The translations under genes and the position numbers were made by a program. Under the pieces are notes generated by a model that made no database searches, was not told the origin of the DNA, and worked only from the letters and a program-made list of their open reading frames with translations. Source: Candidatus Aminicenantes bacterium (GTDB taxonomy: Bacteria; Acidobacteriota; Aminicenantia; Aminicenantales; CALLJL01). From it: 64,000 nucleotides of DNA. Position 1 is the first letter of the stretch; every line of letters starts with the position of its first letter. The stretch is from contig JAOAFQ010000098.1 in assembly GCA_026416195.1 (NCBI GenBank), forward strand, positions 7,931-71,930, written 5' to 3'. Of this stretch, positions 48,674-58,099 are shown one piece after another.

Positions 48674-49984
48674 TTAATTGGACCAATCGGGAAGTTTATT
48701 ATTTCCTTGAGAAGTTAAGCGCCGCAAATTAGTTCCATCATAATCAATAGAAAAAATTTGAATCTGGCCGCTAAGGTTGGAGGAGAAAACAATGTGTCGG
48801 CCATCAGGCGACCAGCAGGGTGATTCATGGCGAGCGTTACTTTCGGTTAATTTAATAATTTGATTGGTCCTTAAATTGAGGACATATAAATCGAAAATAT
48901 TATCCAATCTTGAAACATAGACAATTCTCTCGCCATCTGGTGACCAGGCGGGGGCATCATGATAGGTGCCCCCGAAACTAACACGACGGACATTTGAACC
49001 CTCGGCATCCATGATGTAGATTTGAGGGGTTCCTCCCCGATCTGAAACGAAGGCAATTTCTCTCCCAGTAGGCGAAAAACAAGGAGCCGTGTCAATAGCT
49101 TCGTTAAAAGTAAGTCGTTTAACGCTCTGAATTCCATTCTCGCCTAAAGTGGCGACGTAAATTTCAGCATTACCATCCATAGTTGAACAAAAAGCCAGTT
49201 TCTTGCCGTCAGGCGAAAAGGCGGCCGCAAAATTTGTCCCATTGGTAGAGATGGGTATTATTTTCTTTTTTGTCAGATCCATAAGATAAAGTCCGGCTAC
49301 TGTTTCGCGGTAGGAGGTAAAGGCAATTTTCTGAGCGTCTGGCGCGATGGCCGGCATATAATCGCGAACCCGGTTAAAGGTGAGACGGATTTGATTGGCT
49401 CCATCATAATCCATTAGATATAGTTCATCATTGCCGTCTCTATCGGAGACAAAAACTATTTTGGAAGTAAAAATTGGCTTTTCTCCAAAGGCTTTCATAA
49501 TCTCATTGGCCAATCGGTGCGCCATCTCGCGTCGGCTGGCTTGGTTTCCCTGGTATTTACGTCCAACAATAAACTTGGCACTTCGGACATCATAGAGCTT
49601 GGCCTCAAAAATCAAATTTTCGCTATTTCCGCTGATTTCGCCCACGACAAGAACTCGCGCTTGAATTGATTCCCAGTCTTTGAAAAAGATATTCTTGGGG
49701 TCAAGCGGACGGATGTAGCTGTAATAGCTTTGGGGAAGAAGCTGAAAAACGCGACTATACTTTAAATCGGCTGACAAAACCTCGTAGATTTCACTTGCAG
49801 CTTGCTGACATTCATTATTATCGCTGTGAATAATAAACTTAGGCAAAGCTAACGAAATAGCGGGAACACCTTCGGTGATTTTTAGGACAACTTCTTGTTG
49901 GGGAACCAAATTATTCGTTAATAAAATTAGAGCAATTAAGAAGTAACCGAAAAAAATGATAGCAATTTTGGCTGACCTTTTCAT
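48674..49984 (-). CDS. tolB: Tol-Pal system beta-propeller protein TolB
   Basis: Signal/anchor, N-terminal TolB domain, repeated WD40-like PD40 blades (FSPDG..IAF repeats). Confidence 0.9.
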   Translation of the reverse strand: MKRSAKIAIIFFGYFLIALILLTNNLVPQQEVVLKITEGVPAISLALPKFIIHSDNNECQQAASEIYEVLSADLKYSRVFQLLPQSYYSYIRPLDPKNIFFKDWESIQARVLVVGEISGNSENLIFEAKLYDVRSAKFIVGRKYQGNQASRREMAHRLANEIMKAFGEKPIFTSKIVFVSDRDGNDELYLMDYDGANQIRLTFNRVRDYMPAIAPDAQKIAFTSYRETVAGLYLMDLTKKKIIPISTNGTNFAAAFSPDGKKLAFCSTMDGNAEIYVATLGENGIQSVKRLTFNEAIDTAPCFSPTGREIAFVSDRGGTPQIYIMDAEGSNVRRVSFGGTYHDAPAWSPDGERIVYVSRLDNIFDLYVLNLRTNQIIKLTESNARHESPCWSPDGRHIVFSSNLSGQIQIFSIDYDGTNLRRLTSQGNNKLPDWSN

Positions 49985-50778
49985 TTGCTCTGCTCAAAAA
50001 TAAGATGAACTCCTAAATAATCACCTTCAAATTCTCTGGGCAAAGGAGGAAAGGGGGAAGCATTCTGGACAGCCCGAAGAGCTGAAAGATCGAAGGACCG
50101 AGAACCACTTGAAACTTCAATCTGTAGCTCAGCAATCCGTCCATCCCGCAGAATCTTAAAAAAAACCATGCACTGGAATTGGCCTGAGCCTCCCGGATCA
50201 ATGAGCGAAGTGAACCAATTAGTGGACACCCTATCTTGAATAATCTGAAGGTAGTAGGTAAAGGGAAAGGCTGAAAGATCGAAGGTTCCGCCACCCCAGC
50301 CAGTTCCTGTTCCTGGACCACCTGGGCCTGGCCCAAGACCAATTCTTATCCCTGAGCCACTCAGGCTACCTGAGCCAATGGGGCCAGCTTCTGGACCTGT
50401 GGTTGAAGGCTCGGGTTGAGGTTTGGAAATAACCGTTTTTTTCTCTTTTATCTTTTGGTTGACCGTTTTTTTGTCTATAGGATAACGAAGAGAAGAGGAA
50501 GGCTCGGCTGTTTTTTTCTGAATAGCCGTTAGTTCCCTTAAGGAAGGCTGGTTAGAGGAAGCAGTTTTAGCCGGAGCTGAAGCGCCACCACCGCCACCAC
50601 CGCCACCTCCGCCACCCCCGCCGCCTGGTGGGCCAACAAGATTAAGGGGTAAATAATAAATTGTCCCTTTTTTGGTCGGTTTGGGTAGCGATGGAGAGAA
50701 AATAAGCAGGAGGAAAATTAAAATATGGAGAAAAACAGAGGTGATAATGGCTTGCTTAAAACCATGATTTTTTTTCAT
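49981..50778 (-). CDS. tolA: TolA (TonB-family energy transducer) with poly-Gly linker
   Basis: N-terminal TM anchor, a run of 14 Gly, Pro/Ser-rich linker, C-terminal TonB/TolA-C-like domain; position between tolR and tolB. Confidence 0.7.
   Translation of the reverse strand: MKKNHGFKQAIITSVFLHILIFLLLIFSPSLPKPTKKGTIYYLPLNLVGPPGGGGGGGGGGGGGGASAPAKTASSNQPSLRELTAIQKKTAEPSSSLRYPIDKKTVNQKIKEKKTVISKPQPEPSTTGPEAGPIGSGSLSGSGIRIGLGPGPGGPGTGTGWGGGTFDLSAFPFTYYLQIIQDRVSTNWFTSLIDPGGSGQFQCMVFFKILRDGRIAELQIEVSSGSRSFDLSALRAVQNASPFPPLPREFEGDYLGVHLIFEQSK
50584..50625 (-). repeat. Imperfect (GGN)14 trinucleotide tract encoding the 14-Gly run of TolA
   Basis: Plus strand reads gccaccaccgccaccaccgccacctccgccacccccgccgcc. 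Confidence 0.8.
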
Positions 50779-50792
50779 TTTTAGTTTAGAAC

Positions 50793-51233
50793 CTATTTTT
50801 TCTTGGTCGGCTCAAGAGGTTCAGTAATTAGGCCAACTGTTTCAATTCCAGCTTTTTTAATTATATCAAGGGTCTCAATAAAGAATCCATAAGGGATATC
50901 TCGATCAGCCTTGATGAAAACTATTTTTTTGTCTCGACCATAAAAATATTCCTGCAGCTTTTTTTCGAGAAGGTTAATATTAATAACTAAATCTTCCATA
51001 TAAATTAGCCTGTCCCGAGTAATAGTAATAGTCAATCCACCTTCTGCAGGGGCCGATTCAGTTTCAGCTTGAGGCAGATTAACCCCGATCCCCGATTGCA
51101 TCATGGGAGCTGTAACCATAAAAATGATCAAAAGGACCAGCATAACGTCGACTAAAGGCGTAACGTTGATTTCTGAAAGACTAGTCCCCAGCCGTGATTT
51201 AGGATCCGTTAAAGCTTGATTTTTAAGAGCCAT
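50793..51233 (-). CDS. tolR: TolR (ExbD/TolR family)
   Basis: Single TM then ExbD-like periplasmic domain, 146 aa. Confidence 0.85.
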   Translation of the reverse strand: MALKNQALTDPKSRLGTSLSEINVTPLVDVMLVLLIIFMVTAPMMQSGIGVNLPQAETESAPAEGGLTITITRDRLIYMEDLVININLLEKKLQEYFYGRDKKIVFIKADRDIPYGFFIETLDIIKKAGIETVGLITEPLEPTKKK

Positions 51234-51891
51234 AAAGTTTTTCAGCCATATTAAGAAATTCGAGGGAAAAATCTTCCATTTGGGTGATCGTATCTTTTAT
51301 TCGGTGAAGAAAATGATTATAAGCAATTACAGCGGGGATAGCGGCGAAAAGGCCAGCCGCGGTTGCGACTAAAGCTTCGGCTATTCCTGGAGCCACGGTG
51401 CTTAGGCTAGCTGACCGAACGATGCCAATTTTATGAAAGGCATCCATAATGCCAATAACTGTTCCGAAAAGGCCAATGAAGGGGGTAACACTGCCAGTAG
51501 TGGCTAAAAAGCTCATCATCCTTTCCATTTTAGATATTTCAGCATTCGAGGCTCGAAGCAAAGCTCTTTGGAGGTTGTTAAGATTAGGTTTTTCCCCTTG
51601 ACTCGATGGAGGATTGTGTCGTGAGGATAAAGAGATTAATTCTCGGTAACCAGCCTGAAAAAGAGCAACCAAGGGGCTAGAACGATATTGGCGAGAAGCT
51701 TCATTGACTTCATTCAGATTGCGGCTACGGCGAAAAACATGAAGAAATCCTTCAGAATGCTTTGCGGCCTCACGGAAGGTATTCCTCTTGAAAATAATTA
51801 TCGCCCAAGAAAAAACAGAAAAAAGAAGAAGGATGATAAGTACTAACTGAACAATAATATTAGCTTCTAAAACAAGCCGGAACAAAGTCAT
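51223..51891 (-). CDS. tolQ: TolQ (MotA/TolQ/ExbB proton channel)
   Basis: Three TM helices; SVTPFIGLFGTVIGIM and APGIAEALVATAAGLFAAIPAVIAYN match TolQ. Start placed at the ATG (MTLFRL...) that aligns with the E. coli TolQ N-terminus. The track ORF extends to TTG 51939. Confidence 0.8.
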   Translation of the reverse strand: MTLFRLVLEANIIVQLVLIILLLFSVFSWAIIIFKRNTFREAAKHSEGFLHVFRRSRNLNEVNEASRQYRSSPLVALFQAGYRELISLSSRHNPPSSQGEKPNLNNLQRALLRASNAEISKMERMMSFLATTGSVTPFIGLFGTVIGIMDAFHKIGIVRSASLSTVAPGIAEALVATAAGLFAAIPAVIAYNHFLHRIKDTITQMEDFSLEFLNMAEKLYGS

Positions 51892-52055
51892 TTTTTTTGG
51901 TTGCTTTCCCAAGGTATCATAGCCTCTTAATTCTGTCAACGAGGGAGGAGAACTTAAATAAAGAAGGAATTATTTAAATGGCTTTTTTCTTTTATTGACA
52001 AAAGCTAAACGAGAGATTTAGATTTAAAGAAATTAAAAAATAAGGAAAGATAATT

Positions 52056-53393
52056 TTGTTTCGACAGAAAAGATTCCAGCCGGCTTCGGTTTTGGCCATT
52101 AGTTTTTTAATCGCTATAACTCTTGGGACGATTATTCTTTTGTTTCCGGCGAGTACTGTTACTGGCAAAATTAGGTTTATCGATGCTCTTTTTACAGCCA
52201 CTTCAGCTATTTGTGTAACTGGCTTGACCGTTGTCGATACTGCCACTTATTTCACTCGATTTGGGCAGATAATCATTTTGATTCTGATTCAGCTAGGTGG
52301 GCTGGGAATTATGACATTTTCTACTTTAATTCTTCTAGCCGCAGGTCGGCGAATTTCAATTCAAGACCGAATTATGGTTCAGGAAAGTTTCTTGCCGCGA
52401 GCGCCTCGTGATTTTCGAGCTATAATCCGCAATATTTTTTTTATGACCGTGGCCATTGAGCTTGCTGGCACTATCTTTCTTTTTCTCTGTCTTAATAGGA
52501 AATTTGCCTGGCCTGAGGCCCTATTCCATTCCCTTTTTCATGCCGTTTCTTCTTTTTGCAATGCTGGATTTTCTACTTTTAGTGATAATCTTCAAGGGTT
52601 TGTGGGGGATGTGGTTGTCAATTTAACGATTATTTCCTTGATTATTTTAGGCGGTCTCGGTTTCCTCGTTATTCAAGAATGCTTTTATTACTTTGTCTTA
52701 GCTCGGGCGGCAAAAAGATATCGTTTTAGTTTACACAGTAAGATTGTTCTTACGGTAAGTAGCAGTTTGATTATCACGGGGTGGTTAGTTCTATATCTCT
52801 TAGAAAGCTCTCATGGCTTCAATCATTTGGACGGAAAAGGCAAAATTTTGGCTTCTCTTTTTCAAGCAGTAACCCCAAGAACGGCAGGTTTTAATACGGT
52901 AGATCTTCGAAATCTTCAAATTGCTTCAATTTTTTTTCTTATGGGACTTATGTTTATTGGCGCTTCGCCCGGCTCAACTGGAGGTGGGATTAAAACAGCG
53001 ACTCTAGGGGTTATCATCGCCTTTATCCGGGCAAAATTAAGGGCCCGCGAGAGAGTTTATCTCTTTTATCGTACTCTTCCCGATGATTGCCTTACCCGAG
53101 CTTTTACCCTTTTCTTCTTAGCTCTTTCCTGGATAGCTCTGGCTTCTTTTTTTATTTTCTTAGCTCAGCCGTCAGCTCTAATGAAAGAGGTCTTTTTTGA
53201 AGTTTTTTCGGCCTTCGGTACCGTTGGTCTTTCCCTTGGTCTTGCCTCTGAACTAACTCCAATCGGAAAAATTGTTATAATTGTCACCATGTATATAGGC
53301 CGAATTGGCCCGTTGACAATATTGACTATCTTCAGCCGGACCAGGCCTTGGGGACAGTACGAGTACGTTGAAGAATCAGTAATGATTGGCTAA
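52056..53393 (+). CDS. trkH: Trk/Ktr potassium uptake membrane subunit TrkH/KtrB
   Basis: Repeated pore-loop motifs (GLGIMTFSTL, TGGGIKT); TTG start so the N-terminus is uncertain. Confidence 0.8.
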   Translation: MFRQKRFQPASVLAISFLIAITLGTIILLFPASTVTGKIRFIDALFTATSAICVTGLTVVDTATYFTRFGQIIILILIQLGGLGIMTFSTLILLAAGRRISIQDRIMVQESFLPRAPRDFRAIIRNIFFMTVAIELAGTIFLFLCLNRKFAWPEALFHSLFHAVSSFCNAGFSTFSDNLQGFVGDVVVNLTIISLIILGGLGFLVIQECFYYFVLARAAKRYRFSLHSKIVLTVSSSLIITGWLVLYLLESSHGFNHLDGKGKILASLFQAVTPRTAGFNTVDLRNLQIASIFFLMGLMFIGASPGSTGGGIKTATLGVIIAFIRAKLRARERVYLFYRTLPDDCLTRAFTLFFLALSWIALASFFIFLAQPSALMKEVFFEVFSAFGTVGLSLGLASELTPIGKIVIIVTMYIGRIGPLTILTIFSRTRPWGQYEYVEESVMIG

Positions 53394-53416
53394 AATTTTT
53401 ATGAATAGGTGAACCA

Positions 53417-54067
53417 ATGAAATTTGCGGTTATTGGGCTTGGCAGTTTCGGTTCTAATGTAGCCAAAACCCTTTACCAAAGAGGTCATGAAGTTCTAGCG
53501 GTTGATCGGGATAAAAATAAAATTGAGTCAGCCAAAGATTATACCTCCCATGCAGTTCACATGAATTCGGCTGATAAAGAAAACCTAGAAGCCCTAGGGA
53601 TTAAAGAGATGGATGTTGTCATTGTCAGTCTCGGTCCAGAAATGGAGGCCTCAATTTTAACTGTTCTTTATCTTCATGAACTTGGAGTAAAACGAATCGT
53701 AGCTAAGGCTCTGAATGAAGATCATGCTAAGATTCTTGAGGCTGTTGGGGCTAGTGAGGTGATTTATCCTGAAAAGGATATGGCCATCAGAACAGCTCTT
53801 AAGCTGACTAGCCCGAATATTTTAGAATGCCTCCCTCTTAGTTCCAACGTGAGTATTCAAGAAATTGCCCCCCCTGAAAAGTTTATTGGCCAAAGTTTAA
53901 GACAACTCGATCTGAGAAATAAATATGGAGTTCAGGTGATTGCTATCAGAGAACTGGTGCCGGAGAGAACAGTATATATTCCGCCGGCTGATTTTATCAT
54001 CAAAGATAGCGATATTCTTGTCGTCATGGGAGAGGAAGATAAGCTCGAAAAGTTACTCAAACTTTGA
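53417..54067 (+). CDS. trkA: Trk/Ktr regulatory subunit TrkA/KtrA (TrkA-N NAD-binding plus TrkA-C)
   Basis: MKFAVIGLGSFGSNVAKTL Rossmann motif, 216 aa, adjacent to trkH. Confidence 0.85.
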   Translation: MKFAVIGLGSFGSNVAKTLYQRGHEVLAVDRDKNKIESAKDYTSHAVHMNSADKENLEALGIKEMDVVIVSLGPEMEASILTVLYLHELGVKRIVAKALNEDHAKILEAVGASEVIYPEKDMAIRTALKLTSPNILECLPLSSNVSIQEIAPPEKFIGQSLRQLDLRNKYGVQVIAIRELVPERTVYIPPADFIIKDSDILVVMGEEDKLEKLLKL

Positions 54068-54107
54068 AGTTCAAAGAAAGCGTAAGGCCAAAGTGACTGA
54101 CTCTTTC

Positions 54108-56456
54108 TTATTCGAGAAGATACTTTAGAATAAATTCAGTTACTTGCTTGGCCTTTTGACCACTTTCCCGAACTGGGCCGACACAGGAGGGACAGCCTTC
54201 GTAACAAGGGCAAGCCTGCAGAGTTTCTAGACAAGCTAGGAGTAATTTTTTCTCCAAATCGAAGAGAGAAGGACTAAGACCTATTCCCCCCGGATAATTG
54301 TCGTAAATGAAAATGTTAGGTGAGAAATTAGGGGAAAAAAATGAAGTTTCAGCCTGGTCAGGAGCTATTCTCTGAGGAATTTCGCTTCGAGGTATTGATT
54401 CGCCAGTTAGATCATCGCCTATGGAAACCCCAATATCATGGAGATCACACATCATGAAAAGAGGCGAAACATGATGGAGAAGATAGGCCAAACCAAAGAG
54501 ACCATTAACTTTTACTTCTGGATCAAAAGGAAGAGAAGAAAAAACTTTGCCTGGAATGGTTAACCAGTAAGCTGTTGTCTGCATTTCATTCTGAGGTAAG
54601 TTGAGATCGCCAGCTCCGACGTTTTCCATCGTGTGAAATTTAATCTTCTTGAAGCCAACTACTTGCGTGGCGACATGAACTTCACCGTGATTAATTTTAC
54701 TCCTGCCTAAATCTTTCTGATCAAAGACATCGAGAATTTTAATTTTGGTGTAATCAATGGCATCAGTAAAATAGTCAACTTCAGTTTTGCGAACATAGGC
54801 TTTCCGCTGGTCAAAATTAAGTTCCTCAACGTAATACTGTTCGCCTTCACAAATATAAATTGCCTTGGGATGAAGAGTAGTGAGAGCTGAGGTGAAATCA
54901 ACTTCAGCGATGACTCTTGTTTTTTCCGTCATATCAATTACCACGAAATTATCTGAGCTGACGCTGCGCAGACTGATTTGGTCGGCCGGATAGGCCTCTG
55001 AGGTCCAAAACCATTTATCTCGCGAGTGATGAAGGACTTTTTCCTTTTCTAAGAATTCCAGAATAGAACTAATCTCAACTCGACCAAATTTCTCGCCATC
55101 AACAAAGGGCAATTCAAAGGCAGCACAGCCCACATGGCTGATAAGAATTGAAGGATTATCGGGATTAATCAGAGCTCTTTCGGGAGATTGAGAGAAAAAA
55201 TAATCAGGATGATTGATAATAAATTGGTCAAGAGGTGAACTTGAGGCTACTAAAATGGCAGCTGATGTTCCCATTTTTCGACCAGCTCGGCCAGCTCTTT
55301 GCCAAGTACTGGCAATTGTTCCAGGGTAAGAGGCCATTATGGCTACATCGAGTGAACCAATATCAATGCCTAACTCTAGGGCATTGGTGGAAACAACCCC
55401 AAGAATTTTCCCTTCCCTCAAGCCTTTCTCAATTTCTCTTCTCTTGAGAGGGAGATAGCCCCCCCGGTAGCCTCGGATGAGGCCTTCATCCTGAATCCCT
55501 TTTTCTATATCCTCCTTGATATAGGTCAGAAGAACTTCGGTTATTAATCGGCTGGGGGCAAAAACAATGGTCTGTAACTTTTTGCCAAGAAAAATAGCGG
55601 CGACTCGTCTTGTTTCATTAACATAGGAGCGTCTAATGCCGAGATAAGGATTAACCACAGGCGGATTGTAAAAAATAAAATACTTTTCTCCTCTGGGAGA
55701 GCCATTTTGATCAATGAGCTCAACGGGCTCTTCAATAAGTTTTTCGGCCATTTCTTTAGGATTAGCGATCGTTGCTGAGCAGAGGATGAAGAGAGGTTTG
55801 GAACCATAAAACCGAGCAATTCTTTTGAGACGGCGAAGCACGTTGGTTAGATGACTACCAAAAATTCCCCGGTAATTATGAAGCTCGTCAATGACAATGT
55901 ATTTAAGATTTTTAAAAAGCTTTATCCATTTGGTGTGATGGGGCAAAATACCAGTATGGAGCATATCTGGGTTGGTAATAACAATGTGGCCCTGGGCTCG
56001 GATAGCTTTTCGGGCGTCTTGCGGGGTATCGCCATCATAAGTATATACCTTAATCTCTTCGGGTAAAAATGAAATAATTTCATCTAGCTCAGCTCGTTGG
56101 TCTTGAGATAAGGCTTTGGTCGGAAAGAGATAAATAGCTCGGCTTGAATTATCTTCAAGAAGGCTTTGGAGAACAGGAAGATTATAACAAAGGGTTTTCC
56201 CTGAAGCCGTTGGGGTAACCACCACAATGTTTTTCCCTTGTCTAACCGCTTGCCAGCTGAGATATTGATGCAAGAAGAGCTGATGATATCCCTTTTGCTG
56301 GAGGGCGGAGAGGAGAAGTGGATGAACGTCGCTTGGATAATCTCGATAACGACCGGGTTGGGGCGGGATATAATGAATAGCCCTGATTGCTTGATCTTTA
56401 AAACCAATTTCTTTAAGAAATTCGAGAGCCTCCAGTAGATTTTCTGTTCGACCCAT
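54108..56456 (-). CDS. DEXH-box helicase with C-terminal DUF1998 zinc-finger domain (MrfA/YprA-like)
   Basis: Walker A TPTASGKT, DEAD-box-like DELH, helicase C motifs, C-terminal CPCYEGCPSC four-Cys cluster; 782 aa. Confidence 0.75.
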   Translation of the reverse strand: MGRTENLLEALEFLKEIGFKDQAIRAIHYIPPQPGRYRDYPSDVHPLLLSALQQKGYHQLFLHQYLSWQAVRQGKNIVVVTPTASGKTLCYNLPVLQSLLEDNSSRAIYLFPTKALSQDQRAELDEIISFLPEEIKVYTYDGDTPQDARKAIRAQGHIVITNPDMLHTGILPHHTKWIKLFKNLKYIVIDELHNYRGIFGSHLTNVLRRLKRIARFYGSKPLFILCSATIANPKEMAEKLIEEPVELIDQNGSPRGEKYFIFYNPPVVNPYLGIRRSYVNETRRVAAIFLGKKLQTIVFAPSRLITEVLLTYIKEDIEKGIQDEGLIRGYRGGYLPLKRREIEKGLREGKILGVVSTNALELGIDIGSLDVAIMASYPGTIASTWQRAGRAGRKMGTSAAILVASSSPLDQFIINHPDYFFSQSPERALINPDNPSILISHVGCAAFELPFVDGEKFGRVEISSILEFLEKEKVLHHSRDKWFWTSEAYPADQISLRSVSSDNFVVIDMTEKTRVIAEVDFTSALTTLHPKAIYICEGEQYYVEELNFDQRKAYVRKTEVDYFTDAIDYTKIKILDVFDQKDLGRSKINHGEVHVATQVVGFKKIKFHTMENVGAGDLNLPQNEMQTTAYWLTIPGKVFSSLPFDPEVKVNGLFGLAYLLHHVSPLFMMCDLHDIGVSIGDDLTGESIPRSEIPQRIAPDQAETSFFSPNFSPNIFIYDNYPGGIGLSPSLFDLEKKLLLACLETLQACPCYEGCPSCVGPVRESGQKAKQVTEFILKYLLE

Positions 56457-56707
56457 AGCCTTTTATTTAATACTAACGTATTATTAGGGGAAATACAAAA
56501 TTAAGTTGTTTTACTTAGCCTAAATTTTTCAATTGATTAAATTTTGACTGATAGTTAAAAATTCAGAATACAAAAAGAGTAAATTAACTTCGGCTTGACT
56601 TAATTGTCAATTCAACAAAAGATAATGTTCAGGCGCTTTTAAATCTCCCTAAAAGGCTTCATAAGATTGGACGAGGGAATTTCGAGACCTGGCCAGGGCC
56701 GGAAAAG

Positions 56708-58051
56708 ATGAAATTGCCCCGCACCCTCAGCTTGCTGGATGGTTTAGCGATAATAATTGGAATTACAATTGGGGCTGGAATTTATTCTACTCCCCAAATT
56801 ATTGCCGGTTACCTTTCTTCTTTTAACCAAATTATTATTCTTTGGATAATCGTTGGTCTTTTCGTCTTTCTCGGCGGTTTAATCTACGCTGAGCTGGGGA
56901 CAAGATTTCCTCATACAGGGGGAGAATATGTTTATCTTTATCGAGCCTTTGGACCCTTGGTTGGCTTTCTCTTTGGCTGGTCACAGCTTTTTATCATTAG
57001 AACTAGTCCAGCAGCTGGGTTAGCCCTTGTTACGGCCGATTATCTTAGCTATTTTTTTCCTTTGTCGCCCATAGTCCACAAAGTGGTCGCAACAAGTGTT
57101 ATTTTGATTCTTGGCCTATTAAATATCATCGGTCTTAAATGGGCTAGTGCTTTTCAAAAATTCACCACAACTTTCAAAGTTTTAGGGCTATTTCTTTTTG
57201 TGATTGGCGGATTAATCCTTAGTCAGGGTTTAGCCAGTGGTTTAAATCAGCGACTTGAACCTTTGAGTGACCTAAGTCCTATCACTAGAATCATTGCCGC
57301 GTTGATGATGGTCTTCTTTGCTCATACTGGTTTTGAACGTCTTGGCTATTCGGCTGGTGAAATGAAAAATCCTCGGAAAACCATTCCCTTGAGCCTTGCC
57401 CTTGGTATCGGTCTCATTGTCATTATTTATTGCCTGGTTAATCTCATCTATCATTTGGTTTTAGGCATGGAAGGGGTAAGGGGAAATACCATTGTTGCCT
57501 CAGCGGCCGCGGTTCATCTTGCTGGGCCAATTGGGGCAAGTTTTGTGGCCATCTTGGTTATTCTTTCGGCTACAGGTAGCATAAACGGCACCATGATGAC
57601 CGCTACTCGAGTCTATTATGCGATGGCTAGAGATGGGCTTTTTCTCTCATGGCTTAACTACGTTCATCCCCGCTTTCGCACCCCTTCCCGAGCCGTTATG
57701 GCCCATTGCCTCTGGGCTTTAGTTATTCTTTTTCTTCGATCAAAATTTGAAGTTATCGCTGCCGGCATGGTTTTCGGCATCCTCATTTTTTTAGCCTTAA
57801 GTACTTTTTCTTTGATTAAATTTCGTTTGCTTGAGGTCGGAGATAAGGAAGGTTATCGAGTTCCCCTCTTTCCTCTTTTTCCTATAGTTTATTTAACTGG
57901 CCTAATTATCTTAATTGTTTTTCGGTCAATTTTTGAGTGGCGTCGGACCCTCATTGATTTAATCTTTATTGCTTCTGGTCTTCCTTTTTATTTTTTCCAA
58001 AGACATTTCAAAGGCAGGAAATCGAGTCGGTTAATTATCGAAAGAAATTGA
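56708..58051 (+). CDS. APC-family amino acid/polyamine permease
   Basis: 12 predicted TM helices, N-terminal GAGIYSTP motif typical of the APC superfamily. Confidence 0.75.
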   Translation: MKLPRTLSLLDGLAIIIGITIGAGIYSTPQIIAGYLSSFNQIIILWIIVGLFVFLGGLIYAELGTRFPHTGGEYVYLYRAFGPLVGFLFGWSQLFIIRTSPAAGLALVTADYLSYFFPLSPIVHKVVATSVILILGLLNIIGLKWASAFQKFTTTFKVLGLFLFVIGGLILSQGLASGLNQRLEPLSDLSPITRIIAALMMVFFAHTGFERLGYSAGEMKNPRKTIPLSLALGIGLIVIIYCLVNLIYHLVLGMEGVRGNTIVASAAAVHLAGPIGASFVAILVILSATGSINGTMMTATRVYYAMARDGLFLSWLNYVHPRFRTPSRAVMAHCLWALVILFLRSKFEVIAAGMVFGILIFLALSTFSLIKFRLLEVGDKEGYRVPLFPLFPIVYLTGLIILIVFRSIFEWRRTLIDLIFIASGLPFYFFQRHFKGRKSSRLIIERN

Positions 58052-58099
58052 TAAAGGGAGCAATTTGTCACTGAAGTCGGCTGAAGGTAAAATGAAAAT

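Noticed and set aside
54068-54107. Possible bidirectional terminator hairpin (aagaaag...ctttctt) between convergent trkA and the helicase gene.
   Set aside because: The stem is only 7 bp with a loop of about 20 nt and no flanking U-tract. Too weak to call.
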